From assembly GCA_010015805.1 (NCBI GenBank), contig ML978123.1, positions 1,798,001 through 1,862,000 of the forward strand: a stretch of 64,000 nucleotides of DNA, given 5' to 3'. Shown here piece after piece: positions 62,820-64,000 of this stretch; the stretch's first letter is position 1; each line of letters opens with the position of its first letter. Origin of the DNA: Rhizodiscina lignyota (taxonomy: Eukaryota). The notes beneath the pieces are model-generated. The model did not search any database, was not told the DNA's origin, and worked only from the letters and a program-made list of their open reading frames with translations. The position numbers and the translations under genes are program-made.

Positions 62820-63885
62820 TATGACTGGGCCTGTACAACGAGTACGAGAAAAGGATTTAGCTGATATAATGTGGGGACACAGTGGAAGGCACAGTGTCTG
62901 ATGATCGATATGTCGTATGGAAACTTTGGACTTATTGCCGGACGCACTTCTGCACGAGGAGAAACTTGGCAATACTGCCAAGGGAAAGATGTCCTTCTAG
63001 TTTTATTCATGTTGGGAGCTCCATCTGGTTAGGTTCCGGTGTTCGCAAGCGCATGGCAGCACGACTACTTCGATCGGATTGGTTACCTCTGCAGACGGAC
63101 GACGCATCATTCATCACCATCAACGCTTGCACGTCACTATTCCCGGAGCACCATCCAGAATACAAGGTCGTGGTTGGGGTTGAGCTTTCTTTTGTTATAA
63201 GCGTTCCACGGAATATGGGCTTGACCCCAGCAGCATGTTTCCTAAGCGGGCAGTGTGGCTGGCGACGAAAGGATAAGGAACGGAGAGCATAGCGACGGCG
63301 TTTGGGCATTCTTACTTTTTAAGAATTGGCTTGTCGAGTCAGGGGGAGTGTTCATTCCTTTTCCTCAGTATTACTGCTGCATGGTAATCAGTAGTCATCA
63401 ATGTTGGCGTTAGTCATGGGCAGATCACCGAAACGAAATGATGACGAGAATTACCGCGCACACAAGCCACAGGCACCACCAGTTCACTGTTCCCGTGAGG
63501 ACGCATCGCTTTCTTGCACTTTCCCAGTAGAGACCACGTGTACACCCGCAGCAATGACGCGTTCAGTATATTCTTCGTGATACTCGCCCCCAACGTACAA
63601 CATTGATGGCTTTTCGGCCGTGATGACTCGCCTTTACCCACATAGCCAGAGAAAAGCCTAGAGCGTTCAAAGCGCGGTAGCGATGCCCTCTCCCCAAGCC
63701 TTCAAGCTATTCAAACACCGTTATCTGCATCCCATTCTGTCCACTGGGCTCGCCGATCCACGGAAGTCCCTGCATACAGCTCTCTGCTAGACTGCTACCG
63801 CTCTGCCACCGCTGCTTCATACGGCGGCCTCCGCCTGGGGAGGGATCGGTCGGCACATGGTGGGTTGGGGAGCGAGCGCAGCGGC

Positions 63886-64000
63886 TCAGACAGTCCGTCG
63901 ATCCGTCATGACCCTGACGATGCACCCGACGCCGGCAATCTCGACCAGCTTCTCGTGCCAGCTCAGCAGCACGCCCATCGTGTGACCGCTGCCCTCGCCC
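63886..64000 (-). CDS. 3' end of a gene truncated by the window edge (...[27 protein letters not shown])
   Basis: Open frame with strong GC3 bias ending in TGA at 63888-63886; family not identified. Confidence 0.6.
   Translation of the reverse strand, partial: GEGSGHTMGVLLSWHEKLVEIAGVGCIVRVMTDRRTV

Noticed and set aside
62157..62981. 274-aa antisense ORF (and similar ones at 37497-38255, 50883-51587, 57874-58554, 27991-28659)
   Set aside because: Shadow or alternative-frame ORFs over GC3-biased real genes, with no recognisable motifs.

Overview
Intron-containing, gene-dense genomic DNA from a filamentous ascomycete (Pezizomycotina-type genes with short GT-AG introns and CTRAC-like branch points). 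About 24 protein-coding loci can be read. Core genes: IDH2, SEC5, glycogenin, DFG10-like reductase, HOS4-like ankyrin protein, mitochondrial MDH1, carnitine acetyltransferase, ASK1, forkhead FKH1/2 and pacC. Accessory-type genes: SDR, divergent class III sirtuin, epoxide hydrolase-like protein, MFS transporter plus Zn2Cys6 TF, NmrA-like protein, NUDIX, P450, ferric reductase and a HET-domain protein. No rRNA, tRNA, CRISPR array or intact transposon was recognised. Most notable observations: (1) glycogenin appears to have two alternative C-termini, one of them a ~290-codon CxxC/acidic/PSDPP-repeat ORF nested in a 1069-nt intron; (2) 11 PacC-type GCCAAG sites lie in the pacC upstream region and first intron; (3) the sirtuin needs a GC-AG intron and has altered acyl-pocket and Zn-ligand residues; (4) two single-base frameshifts (NmrA-like gene, orphan ORF pair); (5) a stop-free in-frame intron splits the SDR catalytic Tyr codon; (6) TA-rich, possibly RIP-degraded relics flank the SDR. 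All calls come from motif recognition by eye; no searches were run.
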